The notes under the pieces were generated by a model that saw nothing but the letters and a program-made list of their open reading frames with translations, searched no databases and had not been told where the DNA came from. From Minisyncoccia bacterium (GTDB lineage: Bacteria; Patescibacteriota; Minisyncoccia; Phycocordibacterales; UBA9973), in the NCBI GenBank assembly GCA_049287305.1, contig JBAQFO010000003.1, positions 1-62,748 on the forward strand: DNA of 62,748 nt, read 5' to 3'. The position numbers and the translations under genes were made by a program. Position 1 is the first letter of the stretch, and each line of letters begins with the position of its first letter. This document shows positions 52,243 to 61,974 of the stretch, piece by piece.

Positions 52243-52794
52243 TTAAAAGGCTAAGTTCGGCATTCCTATTGGGATACTTACCTCTGATTCTTTGTAAATA
52301 GACTTCAAAGCTTCAAGTCCCCGATGAACCTGAACAGCGATAGTATTTCTGGATTGGCCGGTTCGAGCGGAAATTTCTTCAAGGCTTAAATCTTCCACAT
52401 AGCGCATGCGCATAACTTTTTGGTATTTTTCGGGTAATTTTTCTATCAGAATCACCGCCACCTGTCCGTCTAACAAATTAACTATGCTTGAGGTATAGTC
52501 TATGCTCGGTTCATAGCCCTTTTCAACCATTACATCCAAGGATGTTGCTTTGTGTTTTCTGTATTCATCTATAATGACGTTATTAAGGATATGATAAAGG
52601 AAGGCTTTCATTGTTTCTATTCTTCCCCCTTTAACAAGATAGTTCCACGTCTTCATAAAGGTTTTCTGAACAAGGTCTTCAGAGAGCGAATGGTCGTTCA
52701 CCTTGTAAAACGCCCTGGCCTTCAGCTCTTTGGAGTAGCTGTTGTGAGCCTCCGATAGTAACATTTTTAGTTTTATTTCTTGTTGTATTGTCAT
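52243..52794 (-). CDS. RNA polymerase sigma factor, sigma-70/ECF family
   Basis: A region-2-like segment (EDLVQKTFMKTW) and a region-4 HTH (LSLEEISARTGQSRNTIAVQVHRGL). Confidence 0.8.
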   Translation of the reverse strand: MTIQQEIKLKMLLSEAHNSYSKELKARAFYKVNDHSLSEDLVQKTFMKTWNYLVKGGRIETMKAFLYHILNNVIIDEYRKHKATSLDVMVEKGYEPSIDYTSSIVNLLDGQVAVILIEKLPEKYQKVMRMRYVEDLSLEEISARTGQSRNTIAVQVHRGLEALKSIYKESEVSIPIGMPNLAF

Positions 52795-52952
52795 CGCTTT
52801 TTTATTATGTTGATAATATGTATGTTTAGATATTTAATCTAATTTTAATATTATACAGGAATAGAAAAAGGAGTCAATAAAAAAACCCATATAAAATGGG
52901 ATAAAATGTGGATAACCTGTTTATAACTTTAATATAAACTTAATATTACTAA

Positions 52953-54569
52953 CTAAGCACGCAATCGCCCTACGGGTAAAATAACACTGAAAATACTGCC
53001 TTTGTTCTGTTCGCTTTTTACGCTTACGCTTCCCTTATGTATTTCCGCCACCCATTTTACTATGGAAAGTCCGAGCCCGGTGCCTTCGCCTTGCACTGAA
53101 CTATGGGACTTGTCTCCCCTGTAGAACCTTGCGAATACATGCGGTAAATCTCCTTTGGTTATCCCAATGCCGTTATCCGACACAGTTAGTGTGATAAATT
53201 TTCCCGATTTCTTCGCGGCAATACTCGTATATCCGTTTTGTTTGCCGTAATTAATTGAATTTTTTATAAGATTTATTAGCATCTTTTCCAGATACACCTT
53301 ATTGCCCCGCATTACGATATCCTCTCCGAAATTAATGGTGATGGAAATATTTTTATGCTGGGCAAGCGTTGTAAATCTACCTGCAACATCCTTTATTATC
53401 GCCCTTAGGCTAACCTTACTTGTAGTAATTTCATTCTGTCCGTTATTTTTCTGGGAAGTAATTAGCGCCAAATCGGAAATAATGTTTGATAAGTGGCGGG
53501 TTTCTTCGTCTATGTCTTTAATGATGCTTTTGAACGACTTTAGGTGCTTACCGCTTCTCTTGGCTAGGTCTACATTGCCTTTAATGATAGCAAGCGGAGT
53601 GCGAAGTTCATGGGTGGCATCAGCGATAGATTCCACCTTTAGCTTCTCTTCGGCGAGCTGTTTTTCGGCTTTCTCGGCTTCTCTAAGTTTCTTGTGCTCG
53701 GTTATATCTCGTATGTTCACCACTATACCTCCATCTTCCGAAGTGTCGGGCATCTTGGATGAAATTGATTCGAAAAACAAAATGTCTCCTTTTTTCGTCT
53801 TATGCTGAAATTCCTCTACGTGGCGTTTGTTCGGATTATTTATAATTTTTTTTATATAGTTTGAGGTCTTCAAAGCCCCTGTGTTTTTAGCAAAGACCGA
53901 TAAGTTTTTTCCTATCAAGTTTTTTGCGGCTACTCCTAGTATTTTTTTAACCGATGGGCTAACGTATAAAATTTTACCCCTGCTGTCCAAATGAACTATA
54001 ATTTCATAACTATTTTCAATGAGCGCTTGGAAATGTGTCTTCTGTTTTTCCGACAAAATTCTGGCTTTTTGTTCATTTCCTATAAGCCTTCGGATTGTTT
54101 TGGCTTGAGCGGCGGCATTTCCTATTGCTTCCGCCAAGGTCAGTTCATCCAAATTGAAATCATGCTGTTTTTTATAGCACAATACCAGATTTCCATAAAT
54201 GTAATTACGATAAAAAATAGGGATGATGATATAGCTTTTCAGGTATCTCAAAATATCAAACTGATAGTTTTCTTTTTTTATGTTGCTGTCAAAAAAAGGT
54301 TTTTTCGTTTTAAAAGCGATTTGATTTCCCGCATTCTTCCGGGGCGCCGTGGGTGTATAAGGAGTATTGGGTGTCTTATAAGCAAGCTTGTATTCTTGAT
54401 TTTCCTTAAACTTCCACCAAGCCCAGCCGAAATCGGCTTCTAAAATTTCAATACTCGCATTTGTAAAATTCTTAATAATACTCTTTCGGTCTTTTTCAAC
54501 CATCGAATCCAAGATGGTTTTGTTCAATAAAGTTATCTTTTGCGCGAATGTCGCGAGTGTTGGTTTCAT
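52953..54569 (-). CDS. Sensor histidine kinase (GAF-like + PAS + HisKA + HATPase_c), cytoplasmic
   Basis: H-box ATHELRTPL, N-box LINLIKNSINYG and G-boxes DNGIGI / GTGLGLSIV. Confidence 0.85.
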   Translation of the reverse strand: MKPTLATFAQKITLLNKTILDSMVEKDRKSIIKNFTNASIEILEADFGWAWWKFKENQEYKLAYKTPNTPYTPTAPRKNAGNQIAFKTKKPFFDSNIKKENYQFDILRYLKSYIIIPIFYRNYIYGNLVLCYKKQHDFNLDELTLAEAIGNAAAQAKTIRRLIGNEQKARILSEKQKTHFQALIENSYEIIVHLDSRGKILYVSPSVKKILGVAAKNLIGKNLSVFAKNTGALKTSNYIKKIINNPNKRHVEEFQHKTKKGDILFFESISSKMPDTSEDGGIVVNIRDITEHKKLREAEKAEKQLAEEKLKVESIADATHELRTPLAIIKGNVDLAKRSGKHLKSFKSIIKDIDEETRHLSNIISDLALITSQKNNGQNEITTSKVSLRAIIKDVAGRFTTLAQHKNISITINFGEDIVMRGNKVYLEKMLINLIKNSINYGKQNGYTSIAAKKSGKFITLTVSDNGIGITKGDLPHVFARFYRGDKSHSSVQGEGTGLGLSIVKWVAEIHKGSVSVKSEQNKGSIFSVILPVGRLRA

Positions 54570-54639
54570 ATTTTAAGTAAATTTTTTAGTGCTGCGCGGG
54601 GGGAGAGATGGGGTCACCTCTCCTCCCGCTAGCGCCTGA

Positions 54640-55422
54640 TCACGCTGCCGTAATTCTAAACAGCGTGTATTTCTGGTGGAAGTAGTTGTGCTGTCCAACT
54701 ACTTTGATGCTAGGAAGCAGCCCTGGCACTGCTTCATTCATTTCAAACTCAAGCCCGGCAAAAAGCTCTTCGTCTGTCCAGGGAATGGTGTGCCTCCACT
54801 CTACTGTGCCCTCGGGATTGTCTTCCCCGCGAGCATGTATGATGAAGGCTACTCGGCGAGAGAACGGAGGCGTGGCTAGAAAATTCCCCAACCACCGCAT
54901 CATGAGCCACTTACGATCGCCTGTCTCGTTTTGGAAAATCTGGCTCGCGATGATGACGTTGGTCTTTTTCGGGTTTATTTTTCTGCTCGCCCAAGCGTTC
55001 AAGATGTCGGCTTGCCTTACCGTCACCTTGCCGGCGAGACCTTCCTCTTCGACGAACTCGGTAGCATTTTTACACGCTACCGTGCTGCAATCAGTGATGG
55101 CAACAGAGTGCCCTTTAGCAACTGCTTTTGGGACTAACTTCTTACCGTCTCTGCCCAACCCCCACCCAAAATACTCAATGTGCCCAGGTTTTATCTTGCG
55201 AACTTCCTGCCAGAGTTTCTGACCCCACCGTCTCTCCCAGCGCTCGTTTTCCCACGCATAGTATGCAGGGTTGACGAGTCCTTTTTCCAGAAGGTCTTTT
55301 GGGGCCAGAGGATATGGATTTTCGTCGCTTGGGCTAAGCGCGAAATCCCAGTTGTAATCCAAAACCTGAAACATACTCTGATTCATGTCCTGGCTCAATG
55401 CGATTCCACGACTTAGCGTCAA
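54640..55422 (-). CDS. Putative class I SAM-dependent methyltransferase-fold protein (moderately GC-rich cassette 5)
   Basis: The TTG start at 55422 lies 6 nt after AAGGAGG. FGWGLGRDG (motif I-like), AITDCS and RQADIL. The functional call is weak. Confidence 0.5.
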   Translation of the reverse strand: MTLSRGIALSQDMNQSMFQVLDYNWDFALSPSDENPYPLAPKDLLEKGLVNPAYYAWENERWERRWGQKLWQEVRKIKPGHIEYFGWGLGRDGKKLVPKAVAKGHSVAITDCSTVACKNATEFVEEEGLAGKVTVRQADILNAWASRKINPKKTNVIIASQIFQNETGDRKWLMMRWLGNFLATPPFSRRVAFIIHARGEDNPEGTVEWRHTIPWTDEELFAGLEFEMNEAVPGLLPSIKVVGQHNYFHQKYTLFRITAA

Positions 55423-55485
55423 GATACACCTCCTTCCTTTCTCTTCATACCACAAATAATAGAAAAAGGCAACTTTAATAAAGAT

Positions 55486-56190
55486 TTAACGTGAACTATT
55501 TTGGGTTTTGGTATTTTCGTGTGCGTGTTGTTTATTGAAAATGAAATAGTCCCCTTCTCCAACTACCCCTACTTTCCCATCTATTACTTTAAGCGCTGTC
55601 TGATCTCCGAGAGCATACAATGGCTTCTTTATTTTTTCAGCAACTTCCGCTAAAACTTTCTCAGCGGCGTTAGGGAATGCGGGAGAATTGAAGTGCGGAC
55701 GAGTATAAAAATCTATTAAATCCAACCCTTTCCCCGCATCGTATCTAAATTGTTCTTTATACGAATTTACTTTTGTCGGATTGCTCAACGCGAGTGTTGG
55801 AGAAGCTATTACGCTTCCGGCGCTGATCGCTGCATATACTTTTGTTTTTAAAAGGTTTGGCAATAGTTCTTTTAGTCCGGATTCTTCCACCCAGCGCATC
55901 AGGTGCGGAGAATTTCCGCCCGAAAAAAATAATACATCCGCTGCTTCAAGACGTGGCAGCCAAATCTCTTTTGGTAACGCGGAAATATCCACGATATCAA
56001 CCATTTTGTATTTTTGTTGCTTTAATTGATACAGATTGTCTATATACCAGCTCTTGTCATTCCTATCCACATTAACCGCCGTCGGAATAAAAGCCACGCT
56101 GATTTCATCAGCTTTCTTGCCAACCAAATCTAAAAGCGCATCAGCTATTTTTTTATTTGTTATTCCCGCTGATGTAAGTAGTAGTTTCAT
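55486..56190 (-). CDS. Peptidase S51/type 1 glutamine amidotransferase-like protein (peptidase E family)
   Basis: MKLLLTSAGI..., FFSGGN and ISAGS nucleophile-elbow-like motifs. Confidence 0.7.
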   Translation of the reverse strand: MKLLLTSAGITNKKIADALLDLVGKKADEISVAFIPTAVNVDRNDKSWYIDNLYQLKQQKYKMVDIVDISALPKEIWLPRLEAADVLFFSGGNSPHLMRWVEESGLKELLPNLLKTKVYAAISAGSVIASPTLALSNPTKVNSYKEQFRYDAGKGLDLIDFYTRPHFNSPAFPNAAEKVLAEVAEKIKKPLYALGDQTALKVIDGKVGVVGEGDYFIFNKQHAHENTKTQNSSR

Positions 56191-56278
56191 TATGTTAAGT
56201 TTGGATTAAAATTAATTATATTCTTTTGCCCAGCACAAGTCAACACACAAGGCTGTCCTTGTGTGGTCTAATACAAAT

Positions 56279-56947
56279 CTACTCTTTTAACACAAAACCA
56301 ACCCCTCTCACCGTATGTATCAATGGTTTGTTTTTCCCTCCGTCAATCTTGGCGCGGAGATACCTTATGTGAACATTTAACTCATTATTTGTTTCTCGGA
56401 AAGTAGGTCCCCAGGCATGATCTATCAGCTTGCGTCTATTTATCGCCTCTCCTGGGCTTGTTATCATAGTATCTAGTAGTTTGTATTCTTTGGGGGTAAG
56501 AGGAATTACCTTACCAGCGCGAGTGACCTCGTGCTTTTTCCTGTCTATTATCAAGTCCGCAACTTTTGTAATATTAGACTCCGTTGTTTTCGGACGGCGC
56601 AACACAGCTCGGACACGGGCAAATAATTCGTTAAGTCCGAAAGGTTTTATAAGGTAATCATCGGCGCCTACATCTAATCCAGTTACTCTGTCCTCCACGC
56701 TTCCTCTGGCGGTGAGCATTATTACAGGGGTATGAATTTGATGCTGGCGCAATTCCTTGCACACAGCAAAGCCATCTTTTTTCGGCAACATTATGTCCAA
56801 AATTATGAGGGCATAATTATTTTTCATCGCTTTTTCCAAACCTTCTTCTCCATCATAGGCCACATCCACCGAATAGCGCTCTCCTTTGAGGGCCCTCTTT
56901 AATATATCCACCAACTTTTTTTCGTCTTCAACAATTAAGATTGACAT
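56279..56947 (-). CDS. Response regulator transcription factor, OmpR/PhoB family
   Basis: Trimmed to the ATG at 56947 (MSILIVEDE). ILDIMLP receiver Asp, and a winged-helix C-terminus ending VRGVGFVL. Confidence 0.85.
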   Translation of the reverse strand: MSILIVEDEKKLVDILKRALKGERYSVDVAYDGEEGLEKAMKNNYALIILDIMLPKKDGFAVCKELRQHQIHTPVIMLTARGSVEDRVTGLDVGADDYLIKPFGLNELFARVRAVLRRPKTTESNITKVADLIIDRKKHEVTRAGKVIPLTPKEYKLLDTMITSPGEAINRRKLIDHAWGPTFRETNNELNVHIRYLRAKIDGGKNKPLIHTVRGVGFVLKE

Positions 56948-56989
56948 ACCCGTATTATACCACAAAAAGGCAAATTCGCTAATGAATAT

Positions 56990-58642
56990 CTACTTCTTTT
57001 TACCGATACAAGCTTTAATGAAAGCCGTAAAAAGCGGATGCGGAGTAAGAGGTCTCGCCAAGAATTCCGGGTGAAACTGTGTCCCCAGGAAAAACGGATG
57101 CTCTTTTTTGGACAATTCGGCGATTTCCATAAGTCGGCCGTCCGGAGATTTGCCGGAGAAAACCAGCCCGCTATTTTCAATTTGAGAAATAAACTCTGGG
57201 TTAACCTCATATCGATGCCTATGTCGTTCCACAACTTCCTTTTTTCCATAACTATTTCGCGCGATAGTGCCATCTCGTAAAAACGCCCTGTAAGCTCCCA
57301 GCCTGTTAGTGCCCCCGTATAATTTATTTTTCAAATTCTCTTTCTGTGATTCCATTACGTCAATTACTCTGGCGGAGCTTTTCGGATTTACTTCGCTAGT
57401 ATTCGCGTCTTTTAACCCCAAGACATTCCGGGCATATTCTATTACCATCATCTGCATTCCGTAACAAAGTCCAAAATACGGAATTTTATTTTCGCGGGCA
57501 AACTTCACTACCTTCAAATTTCCCTCCACCCCCCTTGAGCCGTAACCCCCAGGAACGACTATTCCATCGTAGTTTTTTAGCTCCGCAAGTCTTGACGGGT
57601 CCTTTTCGTAATCCACGGAATTCAGCCACGAAATAATGGGTTTTCTGTTTTGAGAATAGGTGGAATATTTGATTGCTTCTATCACCGACAAATACGAATC
57701 TGACAGCATAAAATCCCCTGTTTCAAAATATTTACCCACCATCGCTATCTTCACCGTTTCTTTGCCGTTATGGGCATGATGAGCAAACTTCTTCCACGCG
57801 TTCCAGGAAGCAACACTGGGCTTATTGGCCTTAATTCCTAAAATTTTACAAAGTCGATCCGACAATTTTTCTTTTTCAAAATTAAGCGGAATATCGTAAA
57901 TGCTTTTCACGTCCGGAGCGGAGATTATGCAATCCGCCGGAATATTACAAAACATGGAAAGTTTTTCTTTTCTTTTTTCATCCATGCTGGTTTCCCCTCT
58001 TGCCAGCAATATGTCCGGCTGGATTCCAGAAGAGTTCAAAGTTCGCACGGCGTATTGAGTAGGCTTCGTTTTCATCTCTCCGATGTTGCCTGGTGTCGGC
58101 AAATAAGAAACCATGACAAAAGCCACGTTCTCCGGATGTTCGTTTTTCATCATTCTCGCGGCTTCCAAGAAAAGCAAATTTTGGTATTCGCCTATAGTGC
58201 CGCCTATCTCCACAATTACAACGTCTGCCTTGGCTATATCGCCCGCTTTTTTGATTCTGCCGATTACTTCAAGAGGAATATGCGGAACAACTTCCACACA
58301 CTTGCCGCTATATTCCAAATTTCTCTCTTTGGCTATAACCGTCTGATACACCCGTCCAGTCGTCATATAGTTGATGCGTGTTAAATCCAAATCCAAAAAT
58401 CTCTCGTAGTTGCCCATATCTTGGTCGGTTTCATCGCCATCCGCCAAAACAAAAACCTCACCGTGTTCGGTGGGGTTCATAGTGCCGGCGTCAACATTTA
58501 TATAAGGGTCAATTTTTAGGGCGGTTACGTGCAGACCTCGGTTCTTCAAAATAAGTCCTATGGATGAGGCGGTAATACCCTTTCCTACTCCGGAAATTAC
58601 GCCACCCACAACGAAAATATATTTTGTTTCTTTTTTGCTCAT
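56990..58642 (-). CDS. pyrG: CTP synthase
   Basis: KYIFVVGGVISGVGKG, the GATase GLCYGMQ motif and HRHRYEVN. Confidence 0.95.
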   Translation of the reverse strand: MSKKETKYIFVVGGVISGVGKGITASSIGLILKNRGLHVTALKIDPYINVDAGTMNPTEHGEVFVLADGDETDQDMGNYERFLDLDLTRINYMTTGRVYQTVIAKERNLEYSGKCVEVVPHIPLEVIGRIKKAGDIAKADVVIVEIGGTIGEYQNLLFLEAARMMKNEHPENVAFVMVSYLPTPGNIGEMKTKPTQYAVRTLNSSGIQPDILLARGETSMDEKRKEKLSMFCNIPADCIISAPDVKSIYDIPLNFEKEKLSDRLCKILGIKANKPSVASWNAWKKFAHHAHNGKETVKIAMVGKYFETGDFMLSDSYLSVIEAIKYSTYSQNRKPIISWLNSVDYEKDPSRLAELKNYDGIVVPGGYGSRGVEGNLKVVKFARENKIPYFGLCYGMQMMVIEYARNVLGLKDANTSEVNPKSSARVIDVMESQKENLKNKLYGGTNRLGAYRAFLRDGTIARNSYGKKEVVERHRHRYEVNPEFISQIENSGLVFSGKSPDGRLMEIAELSKKEHPFFLGTQFHPEFLARPLTPHPLFTAFIKACIGKKK

Positions 58643-58647
58643 ATTCC

Positions 58648-59574
58648 CTACTTATTCTTCAAATATCTCCTGGCCGCCAAGTAACTTGAAATTATCCCTA
58701 GGATTATACCTGATAATAAAAGTATTGTAAAAATTTGCAAGAAGTTGGCCATGTAATAGCTATACATGTTTATACCTAGAAAATTCGTCATATTGCTTCC
58801 CACCCAGGCTGTTGCTGGCCAGAAAAGGATTGAGGTGATGAGTGTCGCCACCACGCCGTATATGGCGCCTTCTATCATGAATGGTCCCCGAACGTGCATC
58901 TTTGACGCTCCCACCAGGCGCATCACCGAAATTTCTTCTTTGGAGATAAAAATAGTCAGCCGAATAGTGTTGAAAGTTATAATTATGGAAATAACAACCA
59001 AAAGGAGCGTGATAAGAAAGCCAAGTTTTTGCGCCCCGGATATTATTGTATTTAATCTGTCTATAACTAATTTATTTTGATGATAATTAACCTTATCAAT
59101 TATGGAAGCGGACCCAAGCACCAACGCATTATCCGATTTCATAAAATTCGCTATGCTTTCATATTGCGAAACTTCCTGTGCCTTAACATTCAGATATGCC
59201 CCAAGAGGATTCTCCCCTATTTCGTCCAGCGCCTGAATCGTCGGATAGTCGCCCTTGTGTCTCTCTCGGAAAATTTTCAATGCTTCGTCAGAACTTGTGT
59301 AGGACACTTCCCTGACTTCGGGTAGCTTCTCAAGCGAAGTTTGAAGAGCCTTTATTTTTTCTTCTGGCGCTCCGACTGTGAAATAAATTGTCACATCCAC
59401 TTTGTCCCGGATCTGACTCAAAGAGAAATTCAATATTGCCTGCAAGAAAATGATAAGCGTGATAACAGAAAGAGTAATAGTAACCACAAGGACAGCCGCC
59501 CAAGAAACCAAACCACTCCTTCTGAAGTTCAGAAACCCAGCTCTTATAATTCGTCTTAAAATGGTTATGGTCAT
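58648..59574 (-). CDS. ftsX: Cell division permease-like protein FtsX
   Basis: An N-terminal transmembrane helix, a periplasmic domain and three C-terminal transmembrane helices, directly downstream of ftsE. Confidence 0.8.
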   Translation of the reverse strand: MTITILRRIIRAGFLNFRRSGLVSWAAVLVVTITLSVITLIIFLQAILNFSLSQIRDKVDVTIYFTVGAPEEKIKALQTSLEKLPEVREVSYTSSDEALKIFRERHKGDYPTIQALDEIGENPLGAYLNVKAQEVSQYESIANFMKSDNALVLGSASIIDKVNYHQNKLVIDRLNTIISGAQKLGFLITLLLVVISIIITFNTIRLTIFISKEEISVMRLVGASKMHVRGPFMIEGAIYGVVATLITSILFWPATAWVGSNMTNFLGINMYSYYMANFLQIFTILLLSGIILGIISSYLAARRYLKNK

Positions 59575-59597
59575 GGTTTTATGGAATTATATCACAA

Positions 59598-60278
59598 TTA
59601 TTTATTGTGCTCTTTGTGGTGCTTTGTATCTCTTATTATCTTTCCATTTTCCATGGTAATAACTCGCTTGCTTAGAGATTCTATGACTCCTCGGTTGTGG
59701 GTAGTCAGGATAATAGTGGTGCCCAGGTCGTTTATTTTTTTCAATATCTGCACTATCTCATGCGTATTTACGGGGTCAAGATTCCCGGTAGGTTCATCGG
59801 CGATAATAAGCTCGGGCTGATTGATTATGGCTCTGGCTATGGCTAACCGCTGCTGTTCCCCCCCCGATAATTGGTTAGGAAAATGCATATGCCTATGGCT
59901 CAAATCTACAAGTTCCAGCACGTGTGGAACATCACTTTTTATTTCTTCATCGGTTTTACCAACCGCCTCCATAGCAAAAGCTATGTTTTCATAAGCTGTT
60001 TTGTTGGGAAGTAGTCTAAAATCCTGGAAAACCATACCGATGCGCCGGCGGAGGTTGGTTAAATCGTTGTTTTTAAGCCCATGAACGTTAATTGATTCAA
60101 AAAACACCGTTCCTTCCGTTGGGTTTTCATCCGCCAAAATCATTTTAGTAAGCGTGGTCTTGCCGGCGCCGGAGTGTCCAACAATAGACACAAATTCACC
60201 AGCCTCTACTGTAAACGTTACGTCTTCCAAGGCTGTGGCGTCTCTATAAATTTTTGAAACATTGTTAAAGTAAATCAC
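59598..60278 (-). CDS. ftsE: Cell division ATP-binding protein FtsE
   Basis: Walker A GHSGAGKTT, signature LSGGEQQR and Walker B IIADEP. I propose the GTG start at 60278 (MIYFNNVSKIY) rather than the upstream in-frame extension. Confidence 0.85.
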   Translation of the reverse strand: MIYFNNVSKIYRDATALEDVTFTVEAGEFVSIVGHSGAGKTTLTKMILADENPTEGTVFFESINVHGLKNNDLTNLRRRIGMVFQDFRLLPNKTAYENIAFAMEAVGKTDEEIKSDVPHVLELVDLSHRHMHFPNQLSGGEQQRLAIARAIINQPELIIADEPTGNLDPVNTHEIVQILKKINDLGTTIILTTHNRGVIESLSKRVITMENGKIIRDTKHHKEHNK

Positions 60279-60291
60279 GTTCTTAATGATA

Positions 60292-61209
60292 TCATAAATT
60301 CTTCTCAGCCTCAATAAAAATTTCAATACCCCCCTCCAACACATCGTCAACTTTCGCTGTTTCAGCGTCTGTTCTGTGGTCCTTAACCATTTTATATGGA
60401 TGCAGGACGTAGGAGCGTATCTGACTGCCCCATTCTATCTCCGTATTCTTGGTATGCTTCATTGACTCTTCCACGTCACTTTTTTCTTCTTCCGCGTATT
60501 TAAAAATTTTCGCCCGAAGCATGGCAAGTGCCAGTTCGCGGTTCTGTTCCTGAGAACGTTCGGTGGAAACATGCACCGAAATGCTGGTGGGAATATGAGT
60601 AATGCGGACCGAGGTCTCCCTTTTGTTCACGTTTTGTCCGCCAGGGCCTCCCGACTTCGCGAACTCAATTTTTAAATCTTGGGGAGGAAGAACAATGTCT
60701 TTTTCTTCAAGTTTTGAAAACTTAGGCAGAACTTCCACCAGCGAAAAAGAAGTGTGTCTGAGCTTTTTAGCGTTAAACGGAGAAACCCGCACCAGTCTGT
60801 GGACTCCGCTTTCGTGTTTTAGTTGTCCGTATACACCAGCCTCGCCAAGTCTAGGCGGGTTTTTGCCGGCAATTTCCACCGTTATGAATCGGTATCCTCC
60901 GTGGTCGTTTTTGTGTTCGTTGACGAGAGATATCTCCCATTTTTTCTTTTTGGCATATTTGGCATACATTTCAAAAAGCATGTGGGAAAAATCTTCGGCG
61001 TCGTCTCCTCCGGCGCCGGAAATTATTGAAAGAATAGCATTACCTTTATCGTATTTCCCCATTCCCTCTTTTTTATTCTTAAGCTCGGCGAGTTCGCGTA
61101 AAATTTCTTGCGCTTTGTATTTATCGGCCCAAAAATCAGCTTGGAGCATAAGCGCCTCCAATCTACCTATTTCTGCTTCCAGGTCTTCCGTTTTTTCATT
61201 AATACCCAT
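60292..61209 (-). CDS. prfB: Peptide chain release factor 2 (short N-terminus, single frame)
   Basis: SPF tripeptide (VRVSPFN), GGQ (SGGPGGQNVNK) and DHRT. Confidence 0.85.
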   Translation of the reverse strand: MGINEKTEDLEAEIGRLEALMLQADFWADKYKAQEILRELAELKNKKEGMGKYDKGNAILSIISGAGGDDAEDFSHMLFEMYAKYAKKKKWEISLVNEHKNDHGGYRFITVEIAGKNPPRLGEAGVYGQLKHESGVHRLVRVSPFNAKKLRHTSFSLVEVLPKFSKLEEKDIVLPPQDLKIEFAKSGGPGGQNVNKRETSVRITHIPTSISVHVSTERSQEQNRELALAMLRAKIFKYAEEEKSDVEESMKHTKNTEIEWGSQIRSYVLHPYKMVKDHRTDAETAKVDDVLEGGIEIFIEAEKNL

Positions 61210-61255
61210 AAACCTACTTTATCAAAAATCAAAGTTATTTGCTATAATTATACGC

Positions 61256-61969
61256 ATGGAATCTGGCTCTAGAATAAACAAAAATTATGTTCATCATCAG
61301 AAGTCTTCCGTGGCAAATGTTTTCAAGGAGGTAATTTTCGGCATGGAAGATGGCATGGTGTCCACCCTCGGGTCTATCACGGGTATCGCTATAGGAAGCG
61401 GCAATCATTCTGTTGTGGTGCTGGCAGGAGTAGTTATCATCTCGGTGGAAGCCTTCTCTATGGGTATAGGGTCTTATATTTCCAACCTTTCGGAAGAGGA
61501 AATGAATAAGAGAAAAATAGAAGAAGAGCGGGAAGAACTCAGAAATTTTCCCGAAGAAGAGAAAGAAGAGTTATATCAAATATATTTAAAAGAAGGCTGG
61601 CCGCAAGCTTTGGCATCACAAATGTCCGAGGAAGCAGCTAAAAACGACAATTTAATTCTAAGAGAAATGACTCTTCATGAATTAAAAATAGCCACTGACG
61701 ACGAATCAATTTCCGTGAAAGGGGGGGTTTTTATGTTTTTCGCTTATGTCCTGGGAGGACTTGTTCCCCTTCTTTCTTATTTGATTTTTTCAATCAAAAC
61801 CGCTATTCCATTATCTATTGTTGTGACATTGGCTGGTCTCTTTGTTCTCGGGATAAGCACCACAAAATTTACCAAACAACCTTTGGTTAAATCCGGACTC
61901 CGCATGCTAATCGTCGGCGGAATAGCGCTAGCGGTAGGACTCACCGCCGGCTTGTTAATGGGTCAGTAA
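61256..61969 (+). CDS. VIT1/CCC1 family iron/manganese transporter
   Basis: Trimmed to the ATG at 61256. FGMEDGMVSTLGSITG, a central acidic helix region and C-terminal transmembrane helices. Confidence 0.75.
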   Translation: MESGSRINKNYVHHQKSSVANVFKEVIFGMEDGMVSTLGSITGIAIGSGNHSVVVLAGVVIISVEAFSMGIGSYISNLSEEEMNKRKIEEEREELRNFPEEEKEELYQIYLKEGWPQALASQMSEEAAKNDNLILREMTLHELKIATDDESISVKGGVFMFFAYVLGGLVPLLSYLIFSIKTAIPLSIVVTLAGLFVLGISTTKFTKQPLVKSGLRMLIVGGIALAVGLTAGLLMGQ

Positions 61970-61974
61970 TTCTG

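Noticed and set aside
23102-52915. The DnaA boxes as evidence for a replication origin in this window.
   Set aside because: The three boxes are 4-26 kb apart. There is no cluster, no adjacent AT-rich unwinding element with 13-mers, and no dnaA or dnaN gene nearby.
60602-61255. The N-terminal 218 codons of the 455-aa plus-strand ORF 60602-61969.
   Set aside because: This stretch is entirely antisense to prfB and low-complexity. The recognisable VIT1/CCC1 protein begins at the ATG at 61256.
61210-61255. A CTTTGA hexamer upstream of prfB as a programmed +1 frameshift site.
   Set aside because: No ATG lies in frame with the CTT codon (the upstream frame hits TAA), and the available space is only 46 nt.
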